Positions 13,055-26,582 of a stretch of 64,000 bases of DNA are shown here, one piece after another. The stretch's first letter is position 1. Every line of letters begins with the position of its first letter. Source of the stretch: Octopus vulgaris (lineage: Eukaryota); NCBI GenBank assembly GCA_951406725.2, contig OX597824.1, positions 18,476,001 to 18,540,000 of the forward strand. The letters run 5' to 3'. Under the pieces are notes generated by a model. It had not been told where the DNA came from. It saw only the letters and a list, made by a program, of their open reading frames with translations, and did not search any database. The translations under genes and the position numbers were made by a program.

Positions 13055-13274
13055 TTTCTTTATTACTCACAAGGGGCTAAACACAGAGGGGACAAACAAG
13101 GACAGACAAATGGATTAAGTCGATTACATCGACTCCCGTGCGTAACTGGTACCTAATTTATCGATCCCGAAAGGATGAAAGGCAAATTCCACCTCGGCGG
13201 AATTTGAACTCTGAACGTAACGGCAGACGAAATACGGCTGTGCATTTCGCCCGGCGTGCTAACGATTCTGCCAG
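13055..13274 (-). mobile_element. SINE family C
   Basis: Homologous to 17111-17342; flanking GACATAA repeat. Confidence 0.9.
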
Positions 13275-13516
13275 ACATAATATTTTTAGACATGGTGAAG
13301 CCAGTCATTGTAGCTGATTTCGTCCAGAAAGTCAGAAAAGACAGATACAAAAAAGGGTGAGAGAGAGAGAGAGAGAATCGACACTGTTTAAGAATGGTAC
13401 TTTATTTATCGACCCCTAAAGTGTGACAGATAAAATTGGCCACGATGAACTTTGAACTCAGGGTACAAAATTCAAACGGAACAATTGTAGCAAAATTGTC
13501 CTTCGACGCTCTAACC

Positions 13517-13650
13517 CAGTATTTCTCAATATTTTTACCCTTGTGCAACCCTTAAAATAAATTACATGTCTCAAGGCACCCCTGCACATATAAGACTATA
13601 TACTTTATCTTTCTCATATTTTTTTCATGATAGTTCACGTGGTAAACGTC
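13517..13650 (+). mobile_element. hAT/Charlie-like MITE 5' end
   Basis: Starts CAGTATTTCTCAA, preceded by CTCTAACC; the other end was not found. Confidence 0.4.
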
Positions 13651-13667
13651 ATATATTTATATATATA

Positions 13668-14171
13668 GCCACCCTTGCTACCTACGCAGACGATACGAAA
13701 GTCTCACAGAAAATACAGAACCCCAGCAATGTTGCACACCAGCAACAGGTGTTGGACTCAATTTACAGATGGGCTGAGAATAATAATATGCAGTTTAATG
13801 CTGAAAAATTCCAAGCCCTGCGCTACCAGCATCCAAATCTGAATATAAAACTTACAGTTTACACTGGTCCACAGTGGATTACAATCCCAGAGCCTATATC
13901 AGTGGGGGACCTGGGTATCGACAAGAGTAATGATAGCTCTTTCCAATGTGCACATGACCAGGATGATGACAAAGTGCAGACGACTGCCTGGATGGATCCT
14001 GAGAACGTTCAGAACCCGAGAAAAGGAAACCATGATGGTTTTCCGAAGGACATTCGTCCTCAGCCGTCTGGATTACTCCTACCAGCTATGGTCACCCAAC
14101 AATGTAAAATTAACAGCGGACCTTGAAGCAATCTAGCGAAGCTTCACAAAATCGTTTCATTGCAACAACTC

Positions 14172-14172
<1 letters not shown>
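13668..14172 (+). pseudogene. CR1/Jockey-group LINE reverse transcriptase fragment, frameshifted
   Basis: TYADDTK (YADD at 13683-13694), RWAENNNMQFNAEK, DLGI; frameshift to GWILRTF...SRLDYSYQLWSP...LEAI*RSFTK. Confidence 0.92.
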
Positions 14173-14244
<72 letters not shown>

Positions 14245-14259
14245 CTAATGAAGACAAAC

Positions 14260-14487
14260 CAAGTAATGATATTATGAATGCATTTAATACGTACATCTCA
14301 GATAATTATGCAGTAAATAAAAAGAGGAATTTCATCACTTACACAAAATCATCCTCAGTTGAGACCTCAAAATATTTTGATACATCTCAAATGAGGAAGA
14401 TTTTGAGTAAGAGATGAAATTCCCCTTAACTATTGGGCAGCTACCTGAATCGAACCTATTAAATGCATTCATAAAACCATTACTTTG
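14260..14487. repeat. Degenerate ~230-bp fold-back element next to (GATA)n
   Basis: AAGTAATGATATTATGAATGCATTTAATA / TATTAAATGCATTCATAAAACCATTACTT and GGAATTTCATCACTTACACAAAATC / GATTTTGAGTAAGAGATGAAATTCC. Confidence 0.8.
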
Positions 14488-14625
14488 ACATCATTATTAA
14501 ATATTATGGGAGTCTACACCATTCATACGGCTACTTTAGCTAAAACCTGGAGTCGGAAGATCTAGTAATGGGCATCGCTTCTAACCATAACTCGAAATAG
14601 ATACAGAGATAAGATAAGATAAGAT

Positions 14626-14670
<45 letters not shown>

Positions 14671-14684
14671 AGACGGCCAGACAA

Positions 14685-14737
<53 letters not shown>

Positions 14738-15612
14738 AAGCAATAGACGGACGGACGGACGGACGGACAGACAGACAGATAGATAAAGCGTAAGTGTGTG
14801 TTTGCATGTATGTATGTAGAGACTTTTTAATCGCTTTACTAAGTTTAGCAAGGTGGCTTCTACAGGAGCAGAAACTCCATCAACAATGTTGTCTCAGCAT
14901 TCCTCCCTATCATTAATAATCGGTGAATGCGTAAACTTCATCCACCTGCTCTCATATATGTTTCATAACGTTAAGTAAGTCCATCCGCGTTGTGACAGTA
15001 GAATATCCTGTTCTTGTTTCAGTCTGTTGATATCCATTGCATATACATCTCGCATAATGAATGTCAATTACATGATTTACTACGTAATGTACAATACGAG
15101 AAGATTTAAAATTCCTTCTGGGATATCAATTATTTTCAATCTTTTATTATAAACTGGCGAAATAAATCTATTTATGTAGTAGTTCGCTTTACGAGATTTG
15201 CATCAGGGTGTTCTACGCTTCTCGCATATATTTACGTGCAAGCAGCCATTTATGCACTTTTATATACAAACACGTATACAAGCATATACATAAACTCATT
15301 TATGTAATTTTATACATGCACGTATGTATATGTGTGGCTCTGTGTTTGTGTTTTCGTGTTTCTTATGTACGTCTATGTGCACGCAGCCGTATTTGCCTGT
15401 ATACACATAGGCCTTTATTTGTATGTATGTATGTATGTATGTATGTATGTATGTATGTATGTATGTATGTATGTATGTATGTATGTGTGTATGAATGTTT
15501 GTATGCATGTATGTATGTATGTATGTATGTATGTATGTATGTATGTATGTATGTATGTATGTATGTATGTATGTATGTATATTTGTACGTATGTATGTAG
15601 TTGGTTTTGTGC

Positions 15613-15646
<34 letters not shown>

Positions 15647-15882
15647 GCATATATGTGTGTGTATACTTATATATATATATATACATATATATGTATATAT
15701 ATATATGCATGTAAATGTGTGTGAGTGTGTGTGTGCGTGTGCGTGTACGTGTGTGAGTGTGTGTGCGTGTATGTATGTATGTATATTTGTACGTATGTAT
15801 GTAGTTGATTTTGTGTATGTATACATTATATATATATACATATATATATATGTGTATATGTATGCATGTATATATGTGTGAG

Positions 15883-15950
<68 letters not shown>

Positions 15951-16848
15951 TGTATGTGTGTGTGTGTGTATACCTTGCAATCGATTTATTTTACTAGTTC
16001 TGTGTTTAATTTCAACGAAAAATCTTCCTATTCAATAACACTTAATTACTGCAGCAAAAAGGGAAAAGCAAAATTATAGAAATCCATGATAAATTTCCAA
16101 GAGAAAAACTTCAACATTTTTAGATTTACCATTCCAATCACGTAAAGATTGTGTTTCATTGTGAACACAAGCTGCTGACATTTTGTCATTAAAACAACTT
16201 TTCTTAGAATCGCCATAACCACAACAAAAACAATAATAACATCTTCAACAGCTAACCAATTATTAATTCATTTCACCTGTCTTCGTTTTCTATCGTATAT
16301 TCTTTAAAATCTTGTTTGGCAAAATGTCGAAAAGTGACGGTAATAAAAATAGGCGAACAGCAACTGTATTTCCAATAACAGTAATAACAACATCAAAACA
16401 TATCATAATTTATATTACGAGAAAGAAAAAAAGGATCTATAGCCGTCAATCTCAAGCGAATATGACCTGGTAGTATGTAGTAACATGCACCGTTATGTTC
16501 CAAGGTGTTGCAACTTTCTGTGTAAGGCTACAAGTAGAAATAGATACTCTGTTTGCTCTGCCACCCTGGATCCGGTGGAGCATTGAAGATGTAACTATTA
16601 AAGGGGAATAAATCTTCCCCAAGACTGAGCAGGTATTTATGCCGCGCAGAGTAGACTGAAGCAACGAGAAATGATGCGACTTGCTCAAAGATACGACGTG
16701 CTGTACGGTCAAACATTCGAACACTCGACCATATGATTGCAAGCTAAACACCCTAACTACTTGTCCACGTGACTAGAAAATTTGCAGCGAAGAGTGGCAA
16801 GTGAAGAGCTGATAATATATAAACCCCAGTATCTGTCAGGTGCTTTAT

Positions 16849-17359
16849 TTTATCTAAGAATAAGGCAGCGAGCTGGCAGAATCATTAGAACGCCGGGCGA
16901 AATGCGCAGCCGTATTTCCTCTGCTGTTACGTTCTGTGTTCAAATTCCGCCGAGGTCGACTTTACCTTTCATCCTTTCGGGGTCGATGAATTAAGTACCA
17001 GTTACGCACTGGTGTCGATGTAATCGACTTAAACCATTTGTCTGTCCTTGTTTGTCCCCTCTGTGTTTAGCCCCTTGTGGGTAGTAAAGAAATATATTTT
17101 ATCTAAGAATAAGGCGGCGAGCTGGCAGAATCGTTAGCACGCCGGGCGAAATGCGTAGCCGTATTTCCTCTGCTGTTACGTTCTGAGTTCAAATTCCGCC
17201 GAGGTCGACTTTACCTTTCATCCTTTCGGCGTCGATAAATTAAGTACCAGTTACGCACTGGTGTCGATGTAATCGACTTAAACCGTTTGTCTGTCCTTGT
17301 TTGTCCCCTCTGTGTTTAGCCCCTTGTGGGTAGTAAAGAAATATACTTTATCTAAGAAT
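16849..17359 (+). mobile_element. Tandem SINE-C dimer arranged TSD-SINE-TSD-SINE-TSD
   Basis: TTTATCTAAGAAT at 16849, 17098 and 17347 (period 249). Confidence 0.93.
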
Positions 17360-17873
17360 TTTTTTAAAAGCCGACATTGTTAGAATTGAACTCAGATCTT
17401 TGAGCGCCGTAACTAACTACCACAAATTGCTTTCTTAAATAGACACGAGTGGGGCAGGGCATGAAATTTGAGAGCAGGCGGCGTTGTCCGTTCTCTTGTA
17501 CTCATCACATAACTTGTGTTATAATTTATCGACCTCCAAAGGAGGTGTTGGTGTCAGGGGGTTTTGTACTTTGGTTCAAGGCATTTTGAATTTATGTATG
17601 AATAATAACAATTTATTCTATTCTATTCTAATTTTATCGCCCAGGAAAACACAAATGTCAGTTTGTGTCACGTGAATTCTGGGTTTAGAAATTTAAGAAA
17701 ATAACTAAATAAAGCAAAATAATTTTAGTCCCAGCACTCTTCTGTCGTTACTAATTATGAAGCTGTTTGTCATCATAAAGCATTTTGGTCCCAGTACATT
17801 ACTGTTGCTATTACTCACTGCCTTCTCCTCAAATTATTAATAGCACAGAAAGATATAGAAAAGGTTATATATA

Positions 17874-18035
17874 GGCGCAGGAGTGGCTGTGTGGTAAGTA
17901 GCTTGTCTACCAACCACATGGTTCCGGGTTCACTCCCACTGCGTGGCACCTTGGGCAAGTGTCTTCTACTATAGCCTCGAGCCGACCAAAGCCTTGTGAG
18001 TGGATTTGGTAGACAGAAACCGAAAGAAGCCCGTC

Positions 18036-18095
<60 letters not shown>

Positions 18096-18279
18096 CTGTG
18101 TTTGTCCCCTAGCATTGCTTGACAACCGATGCTGGTGTGTTTATGTCCCCGTTACTTAGCGGTTCGGCAAAAGAGACCGATAGAGTAAGTCCCGAAGTCG
18201 AATTGCTCGATTAAAGGCGGTGCTCCAGCATGGCCGTAGTCAAATGACTGAAACAAGTAAAAGAGTAAAAGAGTAAAAA
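17874..18279 (+). mobile_element. SINE family B
   Basis: Head, CORE-like segment, (TA)n and (GTAAAAGA)n tail all present. Confidence 0.93.
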
Positions 18280-18309
18280 GTGATACCAGCTATATCCACA
18301 TAAAAGAAG

Positions 18310-19025
18310 AAATCTTTTCCTTATTATCATTAATATTAATAAGAAGGCGGCGAGCTGGCAGAATTGTTAGCATGCCGGATAAAATGCTTAACGGCATTTT
18401 TACCAGTTTTTAATTTTTGAGTTCAAATACCACCGAGGTTGACAATTCCTTTTATTCTTTCAGGGTCGTCAAAATATATACAAGTTGGACAATGACGTCG
18501 ATATAACCAACGTCGCCTCCTCTCAAGAAATATTTTCCTTATTATCATTATTATTAGTAAGAAAGCGGCGAGCAGGCAGAATTTTTAGCATGCCGGATAA
18601 AATGCTTTACGGCATTTTTACCGGTTATTAATTTTTGAGTTCAAATACCACAGAGGTCGACAATTCCTTTTATCCTTTCGGGGTCGTTAAAATAAATACC
18701 TATTTCTTTAGTAACCACAAGGGGCTAAACAAAGAGGGGACAAACAAGGACAAACAAACGGATTAAGTCAACTACATCGACCCCAGTACGTAACTGGTAC
18801 TTAATTTATCGACCCCGAAAGGATGAAAGGCAAAGTCGACCTCGGCGGAATTTTATCTCAGAACGTAACGGCAGACGAAATACGGCCACGCATTTCGCCC
18901 GGCTTGCTAACGATTCTGCCAGCTCCCCGCCTTGTCGTTTAAATAAATACCAGTTGGATAATGGTGTCGATAAAACCAACGTCACCTCCTCTCAAGATTG
19001 CTGGCCTTGTGCTGACACTTTGAAA
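18310..19025. mobile_element. Tandemly duplicated old SINE-C variant, with a younger SINE C inserted antisense at 18701-18933
   Basis: ~220-bp duplication; inner element has TSD GTCGTT(A/T)AAATAAATACC at 18683-18700 and 18934-18951. Confidence 0.88.
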
Positions 19026-19038
19026 TAATTATTACTGT

Positions 19039-19251
19039 TACTCTCTTTTACTCTTTTACTTGTTTCAGTCATTTGACTGCGGCCATGCTGGAGCACCACC
19101 TTTAGTCGAGCAAATCAACCCCAGGACTTATTATTTGTAAGCCCAGTACTTATTTTATCGGTCTCTCTTGCCGAACCGCTAAGTGACGGGAACGTAAACA
19201 CACCAGCATCGGTTGTCAAGCAATGCTAGGGGGACAAACACAGACACACAA

Positions 19252-19282
<31 letters not shown>

Positions 19283-19456
19283 CATATATACGACAGGCTT
19301 CTTTCAGTTTCCGTCTACCAAATCCACTCACAAGGCATTGGTCAGCCCGAGGCTTATAGTAGAAGACACTTGCGCCCAAGGTGCCACGCAGTGGGACTGA
19401 ACCCGGAACCATGTGGTTGGTAAACAAGCTACTTACCACACAGCCACTCCTGCGCC
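19039..19456 (-). mobile_element. SINE family B
   Basis: Full-length homology to 59587-60000. Confidence 0.93.
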
Positions 19457-20240
19457 TGTTGATATTTACTTTTCAAAGAGTCTCTTTTTTCTCATTAGTC
19501 TTCTGTCTCGCTTTCATTCTATTAAAATATCTATCGCATCGAAACCGCCGTTGTTCCGTTGTTTACAAATGTTTTAATGATATTTTTAAGACGTTGATAT
19601 CATATCCGAACAAGATTTAGGTGTAGTTACAAGCATGTCGACAACATAATTCATGGCGGCTTGTTTATTTTACGTCTTTATTTTTTTCACTTCAGACACC
19701 GCCATTGTGATGGGAAATTTATTCAATGGTCTGCTAATAGTCAGTTCTGTTACACAAATAAATGGTGAATACTATTAAAAGAGTCTTTAAAAAAATGGTG
19801 ATATGTAGCTTAGGGGAAAAAAAAAATACATATCCGAATCTCCACCGAGCTGTGACTGATTTTGATTGTAGAAATTCTTAGATAAAGAGAACATTACCAC
19901 GGGTTAGTCACAGTATGTTAATGTTCAAATCGTTGGAATCCCACAATAGTAAAGAGTTCTATAGTTAAGATAGAATCTCGATATGATGCAATCACAGGAT
20001 GACAGTCATAGAATAAAAGAATACGCAGGCTTAGTAATGGCATAGAAATGGTGGAATGGCGGAATAATAAAGATTCGATGGTTGATTCTACTGTTATTGG
20101 AGTGAGAGTTTGGTTTAAGGACAAAAGCGAATATTTTATGAATTACGTCAAGTATTAGGTGACAGCACAGTGAGTTGACAGTCACATCGGCGGAAATTGC
20201 TGTTAATTGACAGCCCATAAAAATAAGGAAAAAAAGGGGA

Positions 20241-20277
<37 letters not shown>

Positions 20278-20307
20278 TTAATAATAATAATAACAATAAT
20301 AATAATA

Positions 20308-20362
<55 letters not shown>

Positions 20363-20363
20363 A

Positions 20364-20428
<65 letters not shown>

Positions 20429-20554
20429 TAACTACGTCGTCTCTTTATTTCAGGGAGGGGATTATCTTTATATATCGATGACCATCTTCGCATCAGTCGA
20501 GGAGAAGGCTAACACCCGTTTATTCTGGCATGAAAATCCAGGTACTTAAGAGAA

Positions 20555-20591
<37 letters not shown>

Positions 20592-20689
20592 AACAGACAG
20601 ACAGAGAAAGAGTACGAGACAGATAAAGAAAGCGATGGTAGTTTCATATTTAATTCACTTTTTTCTCTCTCCCTCATTCAGTTCTCACT

Positions 20690-21140
20690 TTCTCTCTCTC
20701 TCCCTCTCTTTGACCCTCTTTTCTTCACTCTCTGCTCACTCTCTTCTCTCTCACTCTCCCTCTCTTTGACCTTCTTTTTTCACTCTCTGCTCACTCTCTT
20801 CTCTCTCACTCTCCCTCTCTTTGACTCTCTATTTTCACTCCCTGCTCACTCTCTTCTCACTCTCCGTCTCTTTGACCCTCTTGTTTTCACTCTCTTCTCT
20901 CTCACTCTCCCTCTCTTAGACTCTCTGCTCACTCTCTTCTCTCTAACTCTCCCTCTCTTTGACCCTCTTGTTTTCACTCTCTTCTCTCCCACTCTCCCTC
21001 TCTTTGACCCTCTTGTTTTCACTCTCTTCTCTCTCACTCTCCCTCTCTTTGACCTTCTTTTTTCTCACCCTCTGCTCACTCTCTTCTCTCTCACTCTCCC
21101 TCTCTCTGACCCTCTTTTTTTCACTCTCTGCTCACTCCCT
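20690..21140. repeat. Pyrimidine-rich minisatellite (~45-bp unit TCTCCCTCTCTTTGACCCTCTTGTTTTCACTCTCTTCTCTCTCAC)
   Basis: About nine variant copies with the recurring anchor TTTGACC/TTTGACT. Confidence 0.85.
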
Positions 21141-21525
21141 TCTGTCTCTCACTCACACCTTCCCCCACTCTCTCCCTCACTCGCTCGCCCTCTCTCCATC
21201 ACTCGCTCGCCCTCTCTCCTGGACGAATCACATTATACTCTTGGTGACCTTCTTGTGTCAATATTTCTTTTTTTATTTCTGATAACTAGCATTAAACGTT
21301 CTCTTTGAAATGTTATGTGTGACTAATGAAATATATTATCCCTATAAATAACACATTACACTAACAACGATCCCCTTATAGCCGACCTCCTCCACATTTC
21401 ATTTCTTCATTTGCTTTTTCTTCTTCTAATCCTCTTTCACAGCCCCACCCCCACCCACACACACACACAGCATCTTATTCCTTGTCATTTGTTTATTTTT
21501 TTAGTCTTTGTTATGCTGCTTTGTA

Positions 21526-21751
21526 TACTCTTTACTCTTTTACTTGTTTCAGTCATTTGACTGTGGCCATGCTGGAGCACCGCCTTTAATCGAGCAACTC
21601 GACCCCGGGACTTATTCTTTTTTTTTTTTTTGTAAGCCCAGTACTTATTCTATCGGTCTCTTTTGCCGAACCGCTAAGTAACAGGGACGTAAACACACCA
21701 GCAACGGTTGTCAAGCAATGCTAGGGGGGACAAACACAGACACACAAACAA

Positions 21752-21782
<31 letters not shown>

Positions 21783-21946
21783 CGACAGGCTTCTTTTCAG
21801 TTTCCATCTACCAAATCCACTCACAAGGCATTGGTCGGCCCGGGGCTATAGCAGAAGACACTTGCCCAAGATGCCACGCAGTGGGACCGAACCCGGAACC
21901 ATGTGGTTGGTTAGCAAGCTACTTACCACACAGCCACACCTGCGCC
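21526..21946 (-). mobile_element. SINE family B
   Basis: Full-length homology to the other B copies. Confidence 0.93.
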
Positions 21947-22118
21947 TATGCATCAGTTTTTATATATTTTTTTTGCATCATTTCCCCTACCTCATCATTT
22001 TTTTATGTAAACCCACCCTCAACAGAAATTGCAATTCGCCCTTGTAATGACCCTCACATCTGATGCTCTTGTGGTCAAATCCAAGAAATCAGCTTGGACA
22101 TCCTCATTAACATCGTCG

Positions 22119-22254
22119 TCCTACCCTGATGTAATCTCCAGGGATACTGGCATCCAGCAACAGGACCTCCGTAATGCTATGATGGACCGTGAAGTCTGGC
22201 GCAACATGGTAAATTCCATTGTCTCGACCACGGTCGAACAATGATGATGATGAT
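22119..22254 (+). mobile_element. 3' end of an RTE-type LINE with (TGA)n tail
   Basis: SYPDVISRDTGIQQQDLRNAMMDREVWRNMV...EQ* resembles the RTE C-terminal 'A.DR..WR' motif and runs directly into a microsatellite tail. Confidence 0.75.
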
Positions 22255-22354
22255 CATCGTCGTCGTCGTTATCATCATCATCATCATCATCATCATCATC
22301 GTTGTCCTCATAATCATCATCGTCGTAATCATCATCATTGACATCATCATCAAT

Positions 22355-22396
<42 letters not shown>

Positions 22397-22398
22397 GG

Positions 22399-22903
<505 letters not shown>

Positions 22904-23085
22904 TTATTGAGCAGTCTTATGTTTATTGAATGATTTCACTACACTTCCGATCGCAGCTCAGAGTCCCTTCGCTATAGTTCGTGGTTTGTTTTAGTGCTAT
23001 TAGCTTTATTGTATTCCAAGTGCTCTACATAAGACGGTTAAAGTACATAACAGTAGTGCTTTCTGACTATTATATTTATATGTTG

Positions 23086-23333
23086 AAGCGCAGTGTCCCA
23101 GTAGTTAGGGTAGCAGACGCGTGGTCGTAAGATCGCGGTTTCGATTCCCAGACCGGGCGTTGTGAGTGTTTATTGAGCGAAAATACCTAAAAGATCCAGG
23201 AGGTTCCGGCAGGGCTGGGTGGCGAACCCTACTGTACTCTTTAACAACAACTTTCTCTCATTCTTTCTTCTTGTTCCTGTTGTAACTGTATTTCAAAGGA
23301 CCGGCCTTGTTACACTCTGCGTCACGCTGAATC
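23086..23333 (+). mobile_element. SINE family A, 3'-truncated
   Basis: Homologous to 10511-10760. Confidence 0.85.
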
Positions 23334-23360
23334 ACCCAAATCAAATTTCACAATATATAA

Positions 23361-23617
23361 ATATAATTTAGAGAAAAACCACTATTAAACAATTCAATAA
23401 AGAAAGATGGTATTCACACTATATAGAAAACATCTACTATAAAAAAAAACTTTATTTTAAATCAATAACGTACAGTAAATAGTACATAAAATTATTTACT
23501 ATTATTTACTATTTATTGTATAAGAGGATATTTAATAAAAGGATATTTTATAGTATATGTCTTCTATATGGTGTGAATAACATCTTTATTGAATTGTTTG
23601 ATAGTGGTTTTTTCTCT

Positions 23618-23625
<8 letters not shown>
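23361..23625. repeat. AT-rich fold-back element in (TA)n
   Basis: TATAATTTAGAGAAAAACCACTATTAAACAATTCAATAAAG / CTTTATTGAATTGTTTGATAGTGGTTTTTTCTCTAAATTATA. Confidence 0.85.
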
Positions 23626-23687
<62 letters not shown>

Positions 23688-24713
23688 TTCGTAAGTCCGT
23701 AATATTGGTCATCTAGTTGTTTCTACTTCTTTTGACCCATACATAAAGTACTTATTGCAGAGATTGTTTCTGTCTTAAGCGAGCTAGTGAAATCGTTAAC
23801 ATGCCGGACAAAATCCTTCATAGCTATTCGCTCGTGCAACTTTGGGCATAAGTCGATTACATCAACCCCTGTGTTCAACTGGTACTTATTTTATCGACCC
23901 CAGAGAATTTATTATGACAATTGTTTCGACACATCTAGTATCTATCCTACATTGGTGGGACGCTCAACAACTGGTGCAGGGGCATTCGGCGGTACAAATG
24001 TATCTCGTCGGATGATAAACAGGTACAACTCGTTAAAATAACAGTTCCGCAATGTTTTTTTTCTTTTATACGAAAGAAAAACAGCCAAATGGTGGAATTT
24101 TCTTCATTTCTATAGACGAAAAATAAAATCACAGGTTGTGGGGTGGACGAACATGCAGTACAGCGAGGAGAAAAGTATTAAAAATAACTGTTAGCAAATA
24201 TGGATGTATAATTACCCTCGGGCAAGCGGCATACCTCCGAATACACTCGCTCAAAGACGCATCCGCAAAAATGTAAGCATACGCACACCTAAGATTTGGT
24301 GTACTCATGATAGCAAAGCGTGTTAAACTATCTACTTGGTGTTTGTAATAATGGGAGGCTAAAAATAAACTTAAGTCATCCATACCTTAAAGTAAATTTA
24401 ATTATGTTAACGGTTACTCAGAATTCATTCACACTGCAAGTGCTGCTCTATTTATATATTGTCAGTGGATCGTATATCCGAAAACGAAGCAATGGTTTCG
24501 CATCCATAAAGCTAAGCCGTTTGTGGATGCGAAACCATTGGTTAATCTATGGCTGGACATATATTTAACTTCATATATATGTATATAAGAAAAAATACAC
24601 AGCCTTTATCAATTCAATAATGAAAAATTAAATTACACCATCTAGAATATTACATATTATAGAAAGATTAAATATAAGATAAAACATATAAGGGGTGTTT
24701 TTTTTTCTAATTT

Positions 24714-24775
<62 letters not shown>

Positions 24776-24841
24776 TTGTGAAATTTGATTTAGTATTTCT
24801 AAATTGATTTTTCCCTGTAAATTTGGAATAATATTCCCTCA

Positions 24842-24929
<88 letters not shown>

Positions 24930-26308
24930 TTATATATATACATGAACCGATGGATGGATAGTCAATCTGGAAATAAATCAGGTTTCACGTCAATATAGAA
25001 ACTATTCCGCAATTACTCAGCATGCAAATTTAGACTGTAACCCAAGATGGTGGGTAAACTGTTTGATATTTTGACTACCACACTGCTACTCCGTCGGTTG
25101 CGACGACGACGAGTGTTCCAGTGGATACGATCAATGGAACAATCTACTCCTGAAATTAACACATAAGGTAGCTCTCTAGCCTTAACGTACTTCTTCGAGA
25201 TTCAGCGTGGCACAGAATGTGACAAGGCAAGTCCCTTGAATTACAGATCAATCACTGGAATTAACTTTAGCACTGAAAGTTATACATTTCGTATATGAAT
25301 ACGTGTATGTAAACTATGTAATCGAAGATGGGTGTATATGCATATTTCAGGAATTGTTGTTCTTTCTTCAGTAACACACCCAACCCATTAACATCCACGA
25401 AAACGTTGCGTAAATAGCCCCCAAATATAACGGTGTATCCCAACTTGATTAACCTATTTTGCTAACATTGGTAGGACATAGTGTTGATTTATAAGCCTTT
25501 AATATAGTTGGTAGTATATTACAATTGCATAACAAAATACGGTGTCCCTACCAACAACATGCTCTGTTTAAGCTTATGTGCATTTGGGCGTTTGTGTGCA
25601 AGAGTTTCTATGTGTGTGAGTGTGCGTCTGTGTGTGTGTGTGCGCATGTGTAATTCATTAGGGATTAACTTCCGTTCTACACAAAACAGATGCTGTTTCA
25701 ATTTTCATTTTGACCAATTAACTTGAAACTTTATGCGACAGTTCACCAAGACTTGGGATAGAATTTTAAAGAATAACTCCTCACGGTAATAGTAGTAGTG
25801 GTAGTGGCGGTGGTGGTATTTTTTGTTGTAATATGATAGTGTTGGGGGTGCTGCTGGGAGGCGGGGTTAGTGGTGGTAGTTGCTCTGGCGGTGGATTAAT
25901 ATGCAAATGGATGGAGGAAGATTTGTACAAATATCACGACTGCGCAATCGAAATGCAAATTTCGTTTTCTTTTTTAATTTTATCTCCTTTTTTTTTTTAC
26001 AATCATCCGTCCCATATAACATGATTCATAATTAAAAATGGAATATTTAAAACATTTGCAGCTCACAGCATTTTTCTCCGTAAAACAACAATATGGCGCC
26101 TGTCACGTCCTCGCCGTTTTTCTGAGCATTCATCCCGTTAAGCATATGTAACCGACTCTACGTCAAAACAAATAATCTGTCCCACAAATAAAAGTATCAT
26201 GTTATTACTTTATTTCATTTCATTTCTCATCATTTTTCCATTCCTCCACTTCACTCTCTATTTCATATCTTATCTAGAATAACTATTGCTTAACCATTCT
26301 CTCACACC

Positions 26309-26366
26309 GTCTCCGATGAAGGGATATATATATATATATAAAATATCTCAGAAACAGCTGTAAGAC
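26309..26366 (+). ncRNA. Minimal type-I hammerhead motif, family H4
   Basis: GTCT-CCGATGA-A-GGGATAT-(TA)n-ATATCTC-A-GAAA-CAGCTG-TA-AGAC; stem I GTCT/AGAC, palindromic stem III ACAGCTGT. Confidence 0.75.
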
Positions 26367-26582
26367 CTTCTATTTACAAATGTTCTAAAATCTTTCATAG
26401 ACTTGGATTTTTATCTCAACATGAAAAATTTTCTTCATAAATACACATGCTGATATATGACCTACGTTGGACTCATCATTCGCCTAATCACCGAACCTGG
26501 AGCTTAACTATAGTCTGTCCATAGGACTTACTCAGGATTACCTGACACCTTTGGGTTTTCTTGACACCATTACCTCTCATAA

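Noticed and set aside
24100-24185. Faint Helitron PIF1 C-terminus (FS..LY.ACS..PHNL) on the minus strand
   Set aside because: Needs several indels, and upstream helicase motifs are absent.
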